A DNA stretch of 64,000 bases from an uncultured delta proteobacterium. Lineage in GTDB: Bacteria > Desulfobacterota > Binatia > DP-6. Under the pieces are notes generated by a model, which saw nothing but the letters and a program-made list of their open reading frames with translations, searched no databases and had not been told where the DNA came from. The position numbers and the translations under genes were made by a program. Shown one piece after another: positions 1 through 10,329 of the stretch. The stretch is from contig CAWFFN010000007.1 in NCBI GenBank assembly GCA_963815115.1, positions 1,120,001 through 1,184,000 of the forward strand, given 5' to 3'. How positions within the stretch are numbered: the first letter of the stretch is position 1; the number at the start of each line of letters is the position of its first letter.

Positions 1-1440
1 GCCGTGTTGCCCTGCACGGTGATCTCGGGCGGCCCGAACGCCACCTTCAGCTCGGCCACGTTGTCGAAGTAGCGCTGGAGAGCGCTGCGCTGGTCCGCAG
101 GCATCGAGGCAAAGACCGGTGCCACCTTGGCGGCGTTCTGCGTCTCGAGGGCCGACCGAAGCTGCTCCAACACCCCGCGAATCTCGCCATCGGCGCCGCT
201 CGGGGTCCGCTCGTCAGCCAGCGCGCTGTCCACGAGTGACGGGAGATAGCTCGTGCCCCCGGGACTGTGAGGCGGCGACGCGGACCCCAGGGTGTCCTCG
301 AGAAGCTTGCTGTTCTCCCGCTGACGCCCGAGCGCAGCGGTGATCCGGTCCTTCGAGAAGGTCAGAAACACCGCAACCTGTTCCGCGCTCCAGTCGGCCA
401 GGGTGGTGAGGTTCGCGTCCTTGAGCGACTCGCTGTGCGGCATCATCTCGGCCCCGGCGCCCTTGCCGATTCGCAATGCCAGGTCCCGCTTGCCGTCGTC
501 CGATCCGCGGAAGGTGGGTTCGACCTTGGCGCGGATCTGGGCGTAGTCGATGACCTTCCGCTCTGCGCATTCCGGAATCTTGAACTTCCTGGTGATGTCG
601 GGGCATCCGAGATTCACCAGCTGCCGCTCGATGTCCTCGTCGTTCAAGAATCTGCATCTTCACGTCGCTGGCGGCCGCGACCTTGAGGAGGTTCTCCTCC
701 ATGGCACGACGGAGGATGTCGAACTCCTTGCCCGGAGCACCGTCGAGCCTGGGATCCACGATCCACACGTTGGTCACGGCATCCTGAGGAGGAGGGGGAG
801 GTGGCGGGATCCGCGGATTCCCCAGGAGCAGGTAAGCGAGCAGGGCCGCGATGGCGGAAAGGCCCACTGCAACGGCCCATCTCCGTCGAAGGTTCTCGAC
901 GAGCCGCCGCAGAGCGGCAACGACCCTCCCGTGCGGCGGAGGGCCGGCCGCAGGCAGCGCGTCGATGGTCTCGCGGATCGCGGTGATCCGGGACTCGCTG
1001 ACCTCCCTGGGCTGCACCTCGCGTGCCCGCAGGCCTTCCGCGATGCGACGAATCGCCGGCCCGAGCAGCCGCGGCTGGACCCGGACGCGAACGGCCTCGC
1101 CGAATGCCTGCCGCCACGTGAGCGGCACCTGATGATCGAACTCGGCGTCGGAGAGGCCGAGCACCAGGGGAATGAACTGCTTCTTGCCCGCCTGCCCGAA
1201 GTGGATCTCCCGAGTGACCTCTTCGTCCCGCTCGAGGCTGCGCCTCGAGACGAGAACCATCAGCACGGTGGCCGTCTCGAGGCCGCGCCGGATGTTGTCG
1301 ATGTAGCTTCCGAGCGGCAAGCTGTCGAGCTCGTAGCACCAGGCGCGATACCCGACCCGCTCGAACTCCAGCGCGAGCTCGAGCGCCACCCTCGCGTCAT
1401 CGGCGACGTGGATGATGAAGAGGTCGAAGAGGTCGCTCAT
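1..1440 (-). CDS. TIR-domain membrane protein (TIR + TM + extracytoplasmic region ending in an NTF2/SnoaL-like domain); frameshifted near 650, runs off the window
   Basis: N-terminus DLFIIHVADD...RAWCYE...VLMVLVSRRS...EEVTREI is TIR_2-like. A TM helix (WAVAVGLSAIAALLAYLLL) and a poly-Pro linker follow. After KMQI the coding-like frame shifts to LNDEDIERQLVNLGC...EIRGVLEQLRSALETQN...LQRYFDNVAELKVAF and stays open to base 1. Confidence 0.75.
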
Positions 1441-1817
1441 CGAGTTCCGTACTCTTGGAACAGTTGCCCCTGTGCCGGCGCTTCCGCTCGCCTACTACTC
1501 TAGGGCACGCGGGCGTTCCACCTCGACCCGGTGAGGCGACCGTTTGTCACCGTGGGCGAGCCCCCGACTCCGGAGCCCGCGCCGGTGCAGGCTCCCGGGT
1601 AGCCCGGAGCGCATGGCACAATACCGGCCCCGCGGCGCCGCGACCCGTGGCGCACCAGGTTTTTCTTGACCGTGGCACGAGGCGTTGGTAGTCCATCTCG
1701 GCGAGGCGACGCCGTCGGTGGCGCCGGCGGCGAGCGAGTGTCGAGCCATGATCGCTTGCTCGCCCGGGGGTCTCTCACTCTTGCCTTCATCAGATCACCA
1801 CACTAGGCTGGAGACTT

Positions 1818-3827
1818 GTGAAGTCGCAAGAACGACTCGGGACGATCAGGATCGGACGCAGGCGGCCCACTGCACCGCACACCGGTCTCGGGCGACGGGC
1901 ACTCGCCGTGCTCCTCGCCAGCGTCCTGTCGAGCGGCTCGATCGTCGTCGCGGGGCAGCTCGGCTACGTGGCCAACGGTGACGGGTCGGTCTCGGTATTC
2001 GATACCGACACGGATCGCGTGGTCAAGACGATCCCCATCCAGATCAACACCACGTTCCCCTTGGTGTCACTCCTCCTCTCCCCCCGCGCACGACTCCTGT
2101 TCGTCCTCGCGAACGCCGTCACCTCGGACGCGACCCTGGTCGCGATCGACACCACCGTGCATCGCGTGATCTCGCCGGCGGGCCTCGTCGCGCCGGTGTC
2201 GCCCGGCAGCCTCAGCTTGTTGGATATCGCCCTCAGCCGTGACGGCACGCGCTTGTACGTGAAGCCCGTCGCCGGTCTGAGCACCTCCGAAACTGCCACG
2301 GCCGTGTTCTCCACCTTCGATGCTGGCGAGCTCCGCCAGCTCTCGGCGGTCTCCGTTCCGGTCCCGGCCTCGGCGCCGCTACCGACGCTGGCCCCGGGTC
2401 GCGGTCGGATCTATGCCGTCAACGAGGGCGGCGGCCTGGCAGTCGTCGACGCCGCAACGGGTGGGCAGGTGACCGAGATTGCGCTCCCTCCGCTTTCGCC
2501 GGCGTCGTCCTCGCCGATCCCCATCAAGAGTCCCGGATTGCTGTCTCCCGACGAGAGCAGCCTCGTGGTCGGCGACGCGGTGGTGGACCTCCAATCCAAC
2601 CAGGTGGTCGGCCGTCTTCCCGCGTCGTTTTCGCCGGTTCGGTTCTCCGCGGACGGCCGCACCCTTTTTGGTCTCATCGGCACGTCCGGACCCTCGGCTC
2701 CGGGACCTCGGGCAGCGAGGTGCCGGCATGGGATCTTGCCGGTCGACGAAACGATCGTCGCCCTCGACCTCGCCTCGCTCCAGATCATCGCGCGCGTGCC
2801 CCTTGGACCAACGGACGGGTCCTCCACCATCCCATTCGGTGTTGCCTCGCCGGATGGCCGTCGCGTGGGCGTCATCATCACGCCGCTGCTCGACGGCTGC
2901 ACGGCGGCCCGGTCACCCGAGCTGGCCGTGGCGGACGTGGGGGAAGGAACCGTCGTGGGCACGGTTCCACTGAAGGCTCCCTTTCCCACCTTCATCGCTC
3001 AGAGCCCCGCCGGCGGCCGGGTGATCCTGGCCGAGACCCGTTTCGTCGCGCGTGGTCGCCGGTCCGTGTCGGACCTCCTGGACGTCGACCTCGGCGCCGG
3101 CGTCGGGCGGCACATCGATGTCGGGAGCTTCGTCACGTCGTCGTCTTTCCTTCAAACGCTCACCCCCGGCAGGCCGGTGGAGCCCTCGGGAGCATTCACG
3201 CCGGACGGCGGCAAGCTGTATCTCATCGGGAACGATGGCGTTTTCAGCGGCACCGAGGTCAGGGTGCTCACGGGGTCGGAAGAGCGCCTCGTCCCGCTCG
3301 CGGGCGGGAGGTTCGGAGCGCAGCAGGTCAAGCTGGGCGACCCCTGTACCAGCCCGGATGGGTGCTTCTGTCGGAGCGACGTCGACTGTGATGACGCCAA
3401 TCCCTGTACGGTCGACACGTGCGAGGGGGCACAAGGGTGCAAGAACGAACCGCTCGGATGCTTTGCCGGCGTGCAGTGTCTCTTCGTGGATCAGCGCACC
3501 ACCGAATGTCTCGGTAGCGCCCAGCAGCGCCGGCTGGTCCGAACGCGGCGAGACGTGGACGCGGCCGCCAGCGCGCTTCGGCGTGGCGACGAGGAAGGGG
3601 CACGTGGGCTGCTCGATGGAGCCGAACGAGAGGTGAAGCGCCTCCTCGCCGCCGCGATCAAGGGCACCAACGCTCCCATAGCTCTCCCCGGTGTCGGGGG
3701 ACCGACGCCGGGGGCCCTGGCCACACGAACTTGCTACACGCTCGTGTTCCCGCAGCAGTTGAAGTTGCTGCGAAGCATCCGTGGGGTCAGGAGCCGCCTT
3801 GGCACCTGCAAGTCGGAGACACAGTGA
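1818..3827 (+). CDS. Secreted YVTN/YncE-like beta-propeller protein with a Cys-rich repeat and helical C-terminus
   Basis: Signal-like N-terminus, YVANGDGSVSVFDTDTDRVVKTI and later blade repeats, and a CDDANPCTVDTC Cys-rich motif. Confidence 0.75.
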   Translation: MKSQERLGTIRIGRRRPTAPHTGLGRRALAVLLASVLSSGSIVVAGQLGYVANGDGSVSVFDTDTDRVVKTIPIQINTTFPLVSLLLSPRARLLFVLANAVTSDATLVAIDTTVHRVISPAGLVAPVSPGSLSLLDIALSRDGTRLYVKPVAGLSTSETATAVFSTFDAGELRQLSAVSVPVPASAPLPTLAPGRGRIYAVNEGGGLAVVDAATGGQVTEIALPPLSPASSSPIPIKSPGLLSPDESSLVVGDAVVDLQSNQVVGRLPASFSPVRFSADGRTLFGLIGTSGPSAPGPRAARCRHGILPVDETIVALDLASLQIIARVPLGPTDGSSTIPFGVASPDGRRVGVIITPLLDGCTAARSPELAVADVGEGTVVGTVPLKAPFPTFIAQSPAGGRVILAETRFVARGRRSVSDLLDVDLGAGVGRHIDVGSFVTSSSFLQTLTPGRPVEPSGAFTPDGGKLYLIGNDGVFSGTEVRVLTGSEERLVPLAGGRFGAQQVKLGDPCTSPDGCFCRSDVDCDDANPCTVDTCEGAQGCKNEPLGCFAGVQCLFVDQRTTECLGSAQQRRLVRTRRDVDAAASALRRGDEEGARGLLDGAEREVKRLLAAAIKGTNAPIALPGVGGPTPGALATRTCYTLVFPQQLKLLRSIRGVRSRLGTCKSETQ

Positions 3828-5002
3828 GATGGATCGCGGCCGTCGTGCTGGCCACGGTGGCATCCACCATGATGACCGATCGAGCAGCAGCAGCCTCGCT
3901 CGCCGCTCAGCTCGACGATCTCATCAGGAAGAAGGGATTCCAGGCGACCGACACCGTGGTCCCCGTCCTGGTCCAGACGGTCGCGCGCGGTGCCGACTTC
4001 CCGACGACCGCGAGCGGTCCCGACTTCGCCTACGAATTCAATCCGGAGATGGGAACCCTCGAGCGTTCCACCCGGCCGCTCAGTCCGGTCCTGGTCGAGG
4101 CCGCGCAGACCATCGGACGTCACGTCCTCCAGATCGGAGGGTCGTTCCTCTGGAGCGACTTCAATCGGCTGGACGGCGCACTCCTCCGGAACACCAGGGC
4201 CACCTTCACGTTCTCCGGACAGACCCCGGAGGGCGGTACCGTGCCGATTCCTGGCGCGCTCACGTTCGACCGCTTCCATATCGAGGACTTCGTCTTCTCC
4301 GGCATCGTGACCTACGGCCTGACGGAACGCTGGGATGTGGGGCTCGTGGTGCCGGGCGTCGTGACCACGCTCCACGCGAGCGGTCGGAGCCAGGTGCGCC
4401 TGCTCGCCGAACACGAGACCATCCCCCTCGATCGCTTCGACATCGACGACTCCAAGCTCGGGCTGGGTGACATCATCCTGCGCACGAAGTACGTGTTCGA
4501 ACCCGGTCGAGGGATGTCCATCGCGCCGACCTTCGCCCTGCGGATACCGAGCGGGAACGAGGACAACTTCCAGGGAACCGGCGACCTGACGCTCACACCG
4601 GGAGTGACGTTCACGCGCTCCAGCGGCCGGCTCGGGCTCTTCGCCAGCCTGGGAGCAGAGGTCGACCCCACCGACCTCGAACGGGTCGGGTTCCGGTACG
4701 GGATGGCTGCATCGGTCCGTCTTCTCGAGTCGGTCTCCCTGATTACGGAGCTCACAGGCCGATCGGGGATCACGGACGACACCATCTTGGTCCCGTTCGG
4801 GTCATCCGGAGGCAATCCACTTGCGAGCACCCTCGAGGTTCCCGCGATTGTGCCGCGCAGCGACGTCGTCGATGGCTCCGTCGGCATCAAGGCCCATCTG
4901 CTGCCGCACTTCGTGGGTTACGTCAGCGTGCTCTTCCCCCTCGTCAAGGATGGCGTCACGGCGCCGGTCACACCCATCGGGGGAATCGAGTACAGGTTCT
5001 AG
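3824..5002 (+). CDS. Outer-membrane beta-barrel 'transporter' (Phenol_MetA_deg-like)
   Basis: GTGA overlap with the upstream stop, a signal peptide, GLGDIILRTKY and LRIPSGNEDNFQGTG motifs, and a C-terminal EYRF aromatic barrel signal. Confidence 0.75.
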   Translation: MRWIAAVVLATVASTMMTDRAAAASLAAQLDDLIRKKGFQATDTVVPVLVQTVARGADFPTTASGPDFAYEFNPEMGTLERSTRPLSPVLVEAAQTIGRHVLQIGGSFLWSDFNRLDGALLRNTRATFTFSGQTPEGGTVPIPGALTFDRFHIEDFVFSGIVTYGLTERWDVGLVVPGVVTTLHASGRSQVRLLAEHETIPLDRFDIDDSKLGLGDIILRTKYVFEPGRGMSIAPTFALRIPSGNEDNFQGTGDLTLTPGVTFTRSSGRLGLFASLGAEVDPTDLERVGFRYGMAASVRLLESVSLITELTGRSGITDDTILVPFGSSGGNPLASTLEVPAIVPRSDVVDGSVGIKAHLLPHFVGYVSVLFPLVKDGVTAPVTPIGGIEYRF

Positions 5003-5071
5003 GTCGCAGGTCGAGCACACGCTACGAGGTCTCGTTGTTTCGCCTCGTCGCCTCGACTACGACGACCCCCG

Positions 5072-5840
5072 ATGGTCGTCCTCATCGGACCGCTGCTCGT
5101 GCTCTCCGGCTTCGGCCTCTACATGGCGAGCAACACGTTGCTCGGGCGCTTCCGGCGTACGCCGTGGGGGTGGCTGGCCGTCTCCGCGCTCGGCGTGGTC
5201 ACGGCCGCCGGACTCGCCCTGCGGGAAGGCGGCACCGCGAACGCCGTCGCCGCGGTCTCGAGCGCCGGCTTGTTTGCCTTCCTCGTCTGGTTCTTCTTCG
5301 GCTACTCGATGTACGGCGCCCGCGAGGATCGGCCCCGGGTGGGTGACCGCTTCCCGGATTTCCGTCTACCGACGTCCGAGGGCGCCGTGTTCGACCTGGC
5401 CGCCGAGCGTGGCAAGCGACACCTGCTCATCTTCTATCGCGGCAGCTGGTGACCCTTCTGCACGACGGAGCTCGGCGAGCTCCGCAAGCGGTACCGTCGA
5501 GATCCTCGACCGCGGCGTCGAGGTGGTTGCGGTGAGCGTCGACCCTCCGGCGATCTCGGAGGCGCTCCGGCAGAGGCTCCGGCTGCCGATCCGCATTCTC
5601 TCGGACGTCGGCGGATCGCTCATGGATCCGCTCGGCATCCGCCACGACGGAGGCATGCCGCCGGCGCTGATCGCCGGCGAGGTGGCCAAGCTCAATCCGA
5701 GCAAGGACATCTTCCTCGCGACCACCTTCCTGCTCGACGCGCGAGGCGTGATCAGCTGGATCTACCGCCCCGATACCTACCGGATGCGCGCTTCGGTCGA
5801 AGAGATCATCGCCGCCATCGACGCGCATCCGACCGTCTGA
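5072..5840 (+). CDS. Membrane-anchored AhpC/TSA-family redoxin, probable selenoprotein (W-U-P-F-C); extra base near 5495
   Basis: Three TM helices, then VGDRFPDFRLP...LLIFYRGSW-TGA(5450-5452)-PFCTTELGELR. The thioredoxin-fold C-half (GVEVVAVSVD...ILSD...TFLLDARGVISW) resumes after a one-base shift. Confidence 0.8.
5466..5484 (+). promoter_or_regulatory. Candidate bacterial SECIS hairpin
   Basis: Perfect 8-bp stem CGGAGCTC-GGC-GAGCTCCG, with a G-initiated loop about 21 nt after the in-frame UGA. Confidence 0.65.
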
Positions 5841-5864
5841 CGCGTCACCTCGAGCCGCGAGCGT

Positions 5865-6236
5865 TCACGTAGCGGGGGTCGCCGCGCACACCGGATCCAG
5901 GCGCACGGACACCACCCCCTGGCCGGTCGCCCCGATGGCCCGGGCTGCGCCGACGGAGAGGTCGAGCCCGCGGCCCCGCACGTACGGACCGCGGTCCGTG
6001 ATCGTCACGACGACGTCGCGTCCGTTGCGCAGATTGGTCACGCGCACCTTGGTGCCGAAGCGCCAGGAGCGGTGGGCGGCGGTGAGATCGCCCTGGTCGA
6101 AGATGCGTCCGCTCGCCGTCCGCCGGCCATGAAATCCCGGCCCGTAGTAGGAAGCGCGCGTGGTGGTGGGCGACGGGCAGGCGCAGGCGGTCGACGCCGC
6201 GAGGGCGAGCCCGAACGCAAGAGTGGACCTCGGCAT
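5865..6236 (-). CDS. rlpA: RlpA-family lytic transglycosylase (DPBB domain only)
   Basis: ASYYGPGFHGRRTASG...LTAAHR...FGTKVRVTNLRNGRDVVVTITDRGPY...LDLS. Confidence 0.9.
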   Translation of the reverse strand: MPRSTLAFGLALAASTACACPSPTTTRASYYGPGFHGRRTASGRIFDQGDLTAAHRSWRFGTKVRVTNLRNGRDVVVTITDRGPYVRGRGLDLSVGAARAIGATGQGVVSVRLDPVCAATPAT

Positions 6237-6568
6237 AACGATTTGAAAACCTCCGTGAAAAGGTGGGCGGCGACCGTCGGGCCACTCGCCTCGTCACCAC
6301 GACGACCTGAGCCGCGCGGGTCCGGGGTTTAGACCCGCTCCGCCCGGCGGCGTCAAGCGAGGGGACCCGGTCACGGGACCGCCAGGCCTGCGCGGGCAGG
6401 CCGATCCGGCGCCAAGTGAGCTATTCAGAAGCCGAAACGAGCCGCGAGGCGCCGGACCCTCGCATCCCGCAAGGTGGCCTGAAGCGCGCCGGCCTCAGTC
6501 GCGGATCCATGCACGCACCGAGCGCAGGGATGCTGCCCCGCGCGCACTGCTGACGGCCCGCGCTCGAC

Positions 6569-8386
6569 TCAGAGCGTCCTGCGGAGTCGGCTGACTCGCT
6601 GCCGGAGAAAGTCGGCGAACCACACGTTCCCGCTCTGGTCCACCGTCATTCCCAGCCCGGAGTAGCCGGTCCTGGCGGGGAAGATGCCCATCGGGGGAAG
6701 GCGCACCACCTTCGCCCAGTCGGGAGTCACGTAGCCGAGCGACGGAAGCCGATTTGGTTGATCCGGGCCCGTCTGCGTGAACCACAGGTTTCGGTCGCCG
6801 TCGAACCCGATTCCGTAGACTCCTTCGCCCTGTCCCGGGTCGACGCTGGAACCGTTCACGGCCACGTGCTTGGTCCCGTCCACGTCCTTGTACGAGAAAT
6901 CGGGCACGAAGATCTCGCTCATGCAGGAATTCTTGTGGTTCGCTTGCAGCTGCATGCAAGTCGCGGGCGATCCGACGACCGATGTCTTGCTCAGAAGCGA
7001 AAACGTGTTGTCGAGATTTTCGCTGATCGCAATGTCGCCGCTTGTCGCCTCGGCGATGGTCGTCGGCCGACCTCCTGCGAGAGGCTTGGCGAGAGGGAAC
7101 AGGTCGATCATGGGCGACCCCGACACGGTGCTCGTCGGCGTGACGCGCCCAACCACGTTGTTTCCTGGCGATGCGAACACGAACGATAGACCGGTACCGA
7201 GGAACGGCTGGCGCGCCAGCGGACCGCCGTAGTCACCGTACCAGACCTTCCCGTCGGCCGCTGCGACGAGCAGGCTCAGCGGGCGCGTCGCGATCCAACC
7301 CCCGTGGGTACAGTCCGCGAAGCCGTCGGTGCCCAGCGTGCAGGAATCGGGGATCGGATACTCGTGATAGCAGCTCGTCTCGTTGCTCCCGACGGCGCAG
7401 ACCCGGCTCAAGGAGACGCGCGAGTAGTCGATCGTGGTGCCATCGCCGAACGGGATCCGACCGGGATCGAAGCTCACGATCTTGGCCGGCACGTGTGCTC
7501 GTACGACCACGGGCTGCCCGCCCACGACGTAGTTCTCCACGTCGTGGGCCCCGGTGGCGAACCAGACCCGTCCGGAAACGACCGCGATCGCCGACACCTG
7601 GCTGTTGTCCGCCGGGACGTCGTAGACCCGGAACTTCTTCTTCCCGGGGTCGAAGCGCACGATGCGGCTCCGGTTGGGATAGATGCCGCCGTAGGCGCCC
7701 TGCCCTCCTTCGGTGAACCAGACGTTGCCGCCGGAATCGACGACGATCCCGTCGCCGGTGATCGACATGGGCGTCCGGAAGTCGACCGGCGACGTGCCGA
7801 AGAAGTTGAGGTTCGAGGCGAACGGGCCGCCATCGGGAGGGACCGGAATCGGGTAGTTCTGGACCGCACCGGTCGCGTCGACGACGGCGAGATTCCGGTG
7901 GAACGCCTCGTTCACGAACACCCTCCCGTGGGAGTCGGCCGCTACCGTCGAGGGGTAGGCACCCAGGTCGAAGACGTCGAGAGAGAACACCTTGTCGATG
8001 GCCGTCGCGGTGCCCGTCAGCAACTGCTGGCCGTCGAAGGACGTCACCTGCACGGTGCCGCTCGCGATGGACGCGGACAGGCGCACGACGATGCGGTCGG
8101 GATGCCAGAACACCACGCCCGGATCGGCGGCGCGGATGTCATACGTTCCACCCGGGCTGACGACGTGTATGCGGTTGCTCGTCGAGAGCGTCGGCCAGCC
8201 GAAGTTCTGGCCGGTGATGCTGACGGCCGAGACCGAGGGCGATCCCGCCTGGTTCACGACGACGACCGGAGAGCTCACGACCGGCGCGCTCGTCTGCGCT
8301 CCCGCGTCGAATCGCAAGATGGCCGACAGCGCGAGCGTGAGGATCAGCAGCCGGCAATGCATTGTCCCGCTCCGATTGCGTGCCAT
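6569..8386 (-). CDS. Secreted IPT/TIG + Vgb-lyase-like beta-propeller protein (paralog 2)
   Basis: Signal peptide, SITGQNFG..W..DRIVV Ig-like motif, and repeated D..GNVWFT blades. Confidence 0.7.
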   Translation of the reverse strand: MARNRSGTMHCRLLILTLALSAILRFDAGAQTSAPVVSSPVVVVNQAGSPSVSAVSITGQNFGWPTLSTSNRIHVVSPGGTYDIRAADPGVVFWHPDRIVVRLSASIASGTVQVTSFDGQQLLTGTATAIDKVFSLDVFDLGAYPSTVAADSHGRVFVNEAFHRNLAVVDATGAVQNYPIPVPPDGGPFASNLNFFGTSPVDFRTPMSITGDGIVVDSGGNVWFTEGGQGAYGGIYPNRSRIVRFDPGKKKFRVYDVPADNSQVSAIAVVSGRVWFATGAHDVENYVVGGQPVVVRAHVPAKIVSFDPGRIPFGDGTTIDYSRVSLSRVCAVGSNETSCYHEYPIPDSCTLGTDGFADCTHGGWIATRPLSLLVAAADGKVWYGDYGGPLARQPFLGTGLSFVFASPGNNVVGRVTPTSTVSGSPMIDLFPLAKPLAGGRPTTIAEATSGDIAISENLDNTFSLLSKTSVVGSPATCMQLQANHKNSCMSEIFVPDFSYKDVDGTKHVAVNGSSVDPGQGEGVYGIGFDGDRNLWFTQTGPDQPNRLPSLGYVTPDWAKVVRLPPMGIFPARTGYSGLGMTVDQSGNVWFADFLRQRVSRLRRTL

Positions 8387-8390
8387 CGCA

Positions 8391-10169
8391 TCATCCCCTG
8401 CGCAGGCGGTAGACCCGCTTGCGCGGAAAGGCGGTACCCCAGATATCGCCCGTCACGCGGTTGACCGCGATGCCGTCGAGTCCATCCTCGTGCTGGATTC
8501 CCGGCATGAGCGTGGTCGGCGGCAGCTCGACCACCTGACTGCGGTCGGCCTTCAGGTAGGCGAAGCCGGCGAATCGGCCGGGCTGGGCCGCCTTGATCTG
8601 TCCGAACCAGACGTTGCCGGCCGCATCGTAGTCGAGGTTCTGCACCTTGTCCCCGGAAAGCTCCGCATACGGCGCCACCCACATGCGGATGCAGGGATTC
8701 TGGTTCGTCTGTGGATCGAGCGCGGTGCACGACTGCTGCTGAAGCACCGATTTGTCGAAGCGTCCGATGCCGGGAAAGATGTACACCGTGAAGATCGGGT
8801 TCCCGTCCGGCGGTATCATGACGTCCCAGGGCAGCTCTCCCGTGAAGAGACCCGGGTTCGCGCCGGCCGCAGAGGGCAACGGATAGTACGTCACGGAGCC
8901 CGTCCCCGGGTTCAAGCGCCCGATGCTGTTGCCGTTCTCATACGGCATGAACCAGATCGACCCGTCGGGATCCGCCTGGAGGTGTCCCATGAGGCGGGGA
9001 GTTCCGCCGTCGGGCATCTGGGGCAGCGGATACTCGTGGACGCACTGGGAGTCGTCCACGACGCCCGGCGGACAGATGAGTGCGTTCGCGTCGCTGGTGT
9101 AGTCGTTGAAGGTGCCGTCGCTGCAGATCAGGTTGCCGTTGGGGAGGTTGCAGATGGCGGTGGGATCGAAGCTCACGATCTTCGACGGCTCGTTGACGTC
9201 GGAGGTCACGAAGGTCTGGGTCGTCCGATCGAAATAGGTCTCGTTGTCGTGACGGGTGGTCATGGTCCAGACCCGGCGGATCGTGCTGGTGTTCGGAACG
9301 TACTGGAACGCCACCCCGTTCAGGCCGTGGTTGTCGTGCGGCAGGGTGTACGCGCGCCATGTGCTCGTGGCCGGGTCGTACCTGGTGAGGCGGGAACGAT
9401 TCGGGACGCCCGTCGCCTGGCGCGATTGGGGCGGCCCCGATTCGGGAATCCAGACTCCGCCCTGCTTGTCGATGCCGATCGCCTCGCCGCCGGAGCTGAC
9501 GTTGGTGCGGCGCTGCGCGATGGGGAACGGGCAGTTCTGGGTGCAGAGCGCTTCATCGACGGCGAACGGCGGCCCGCAACGCGCCGGATCGGACGTCGGC
9601 GTGCACGCAGGTGGTCTCGGCGAGAGCAGGGCCTGGACCGGATTCGGCAGCGAGGGATCGACCCACTTGAGGGCGAGATGGTACTCGGAGTTGATCCACA
9701 GTCGGCCCTGGGGATCCGCCGCGATGTGGAGGGGACCGGCTGCCGGGTCGGTTGGATTGCTCGACAGGTCGAACCAGTCGAGCTTGTAGACCTGGTCGAT
9801 CGGCTTCGTGACCGAGCCTTCCGCCGTCGTCACCGTCACGCTCCCCGACGTGATCGTCCGCGCGGCCTGGACCAGGATGCGCGTGCTCTGCCAGGCTTTG
9901 ATCTCGGGCGCGGCCGAAGGGTACGTGACGCCGGCGACCTGCACCGAGGGCGGCCCCGACACGGTCGGCGAGCCGAGGTTCTGGCCCGTGAGCTCGACCA
10001 GCGTGATCGGCGTCGTGCCCGCCGGGACGCTGGCCAGATACATGGCGAACACCGGCCCGGTGATCGAGGGCGGCGCCGCCAGCGCACCGCGCGAAGGGGC
10101 GATGACGGCGGACGCCGCGAGGACCGAGCACAGCGCGAGTCGGAGTCGGGTACCCACACTAGCCATCAT
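8391..10169 (-). CDS. Secreted IPT/TIG + Vgb-lyase-like beta-propeller protein (paralog 1)
   Basis: Same architecture: ELTGQNLG..W.STRI, then DPQGRLW, DPDGSIWF and DAAGNVWF blades. Confidence 0.7.
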   Translation of the reverse strand: MMASVGTRLRLALCSVLAASAVIAPSRGALAAPPSITGPVFAMYLASVPAGTTPITLVELTGQNLGSPTVSGPPSVQVAGVTYPSAAPEIKAWQSTRILVQAARTITSGSVTVTTAEGSVTKPIDQVYKLDWFDLSSNPTDPAAGPLHIAADPQGRLWINSEYHLALKWVDPSLPNPVQALLSPRPPACTPTSDPARCGPPFAVDEALCTQNCPFPIAQRRTNVSSGGEAIGIDKQGGVWIPESGPPQSRQATGVPNRSRLTRYDPATSTWRAYTLPHDNHGLNGVAFQYVPNTSTIRRVWTMTTRHDNETYFDRTTQTFVTSDVNEPSKIVSFDPTAICNLPNGNLICSDGTFNDYTSDANALICPPGVVDDSQCVHEYPLPQMPDGGTPRLMGHLQADPDGSIWFMPYENGNSIGRLNPGTGSVTYYPLPSAAGANPGLFTGELPWDVMIPPDGNPIFTVYIFPGIGRFDKSVLQQQSCTALDPQTNQNPCIRMWVAPYAELSGDKVQNLDYDAAGNVWFGQIKAAQPGRFAGFAYLKADRSQVVELPPTTLMPGIQHEDGLDGIAVNRVTGDIWGTAFPRKRVYRLRRG

Positions 10170-10329
10170 CGTTCTCCGGTTGAAGACGCGTCGAGACTAC
10201 TTAGTCAGCTCAGTCCTCCCGTTAGGGCGTTGCGTGTTCGACGTCAAGAAAAATCTGAGGCTGTGGCGGGAGTAGATGCCGCGCAGCGAGTTCGCGCGGC
10301 GAGGCGCATCGCACGCGCTGCGACCCGGC

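Noticed and set aside
214-640. C-terminal third of the called 408-aa ORF
   Set aside because: Out-of-frame Arg-rich translation after the frameshift; the alternative frame is the protein-like one.
6240-6560. Possible c-di-AMP riboswitch upstream of rlpA
   Set aside because: The conserved ydaO motifs were not found.
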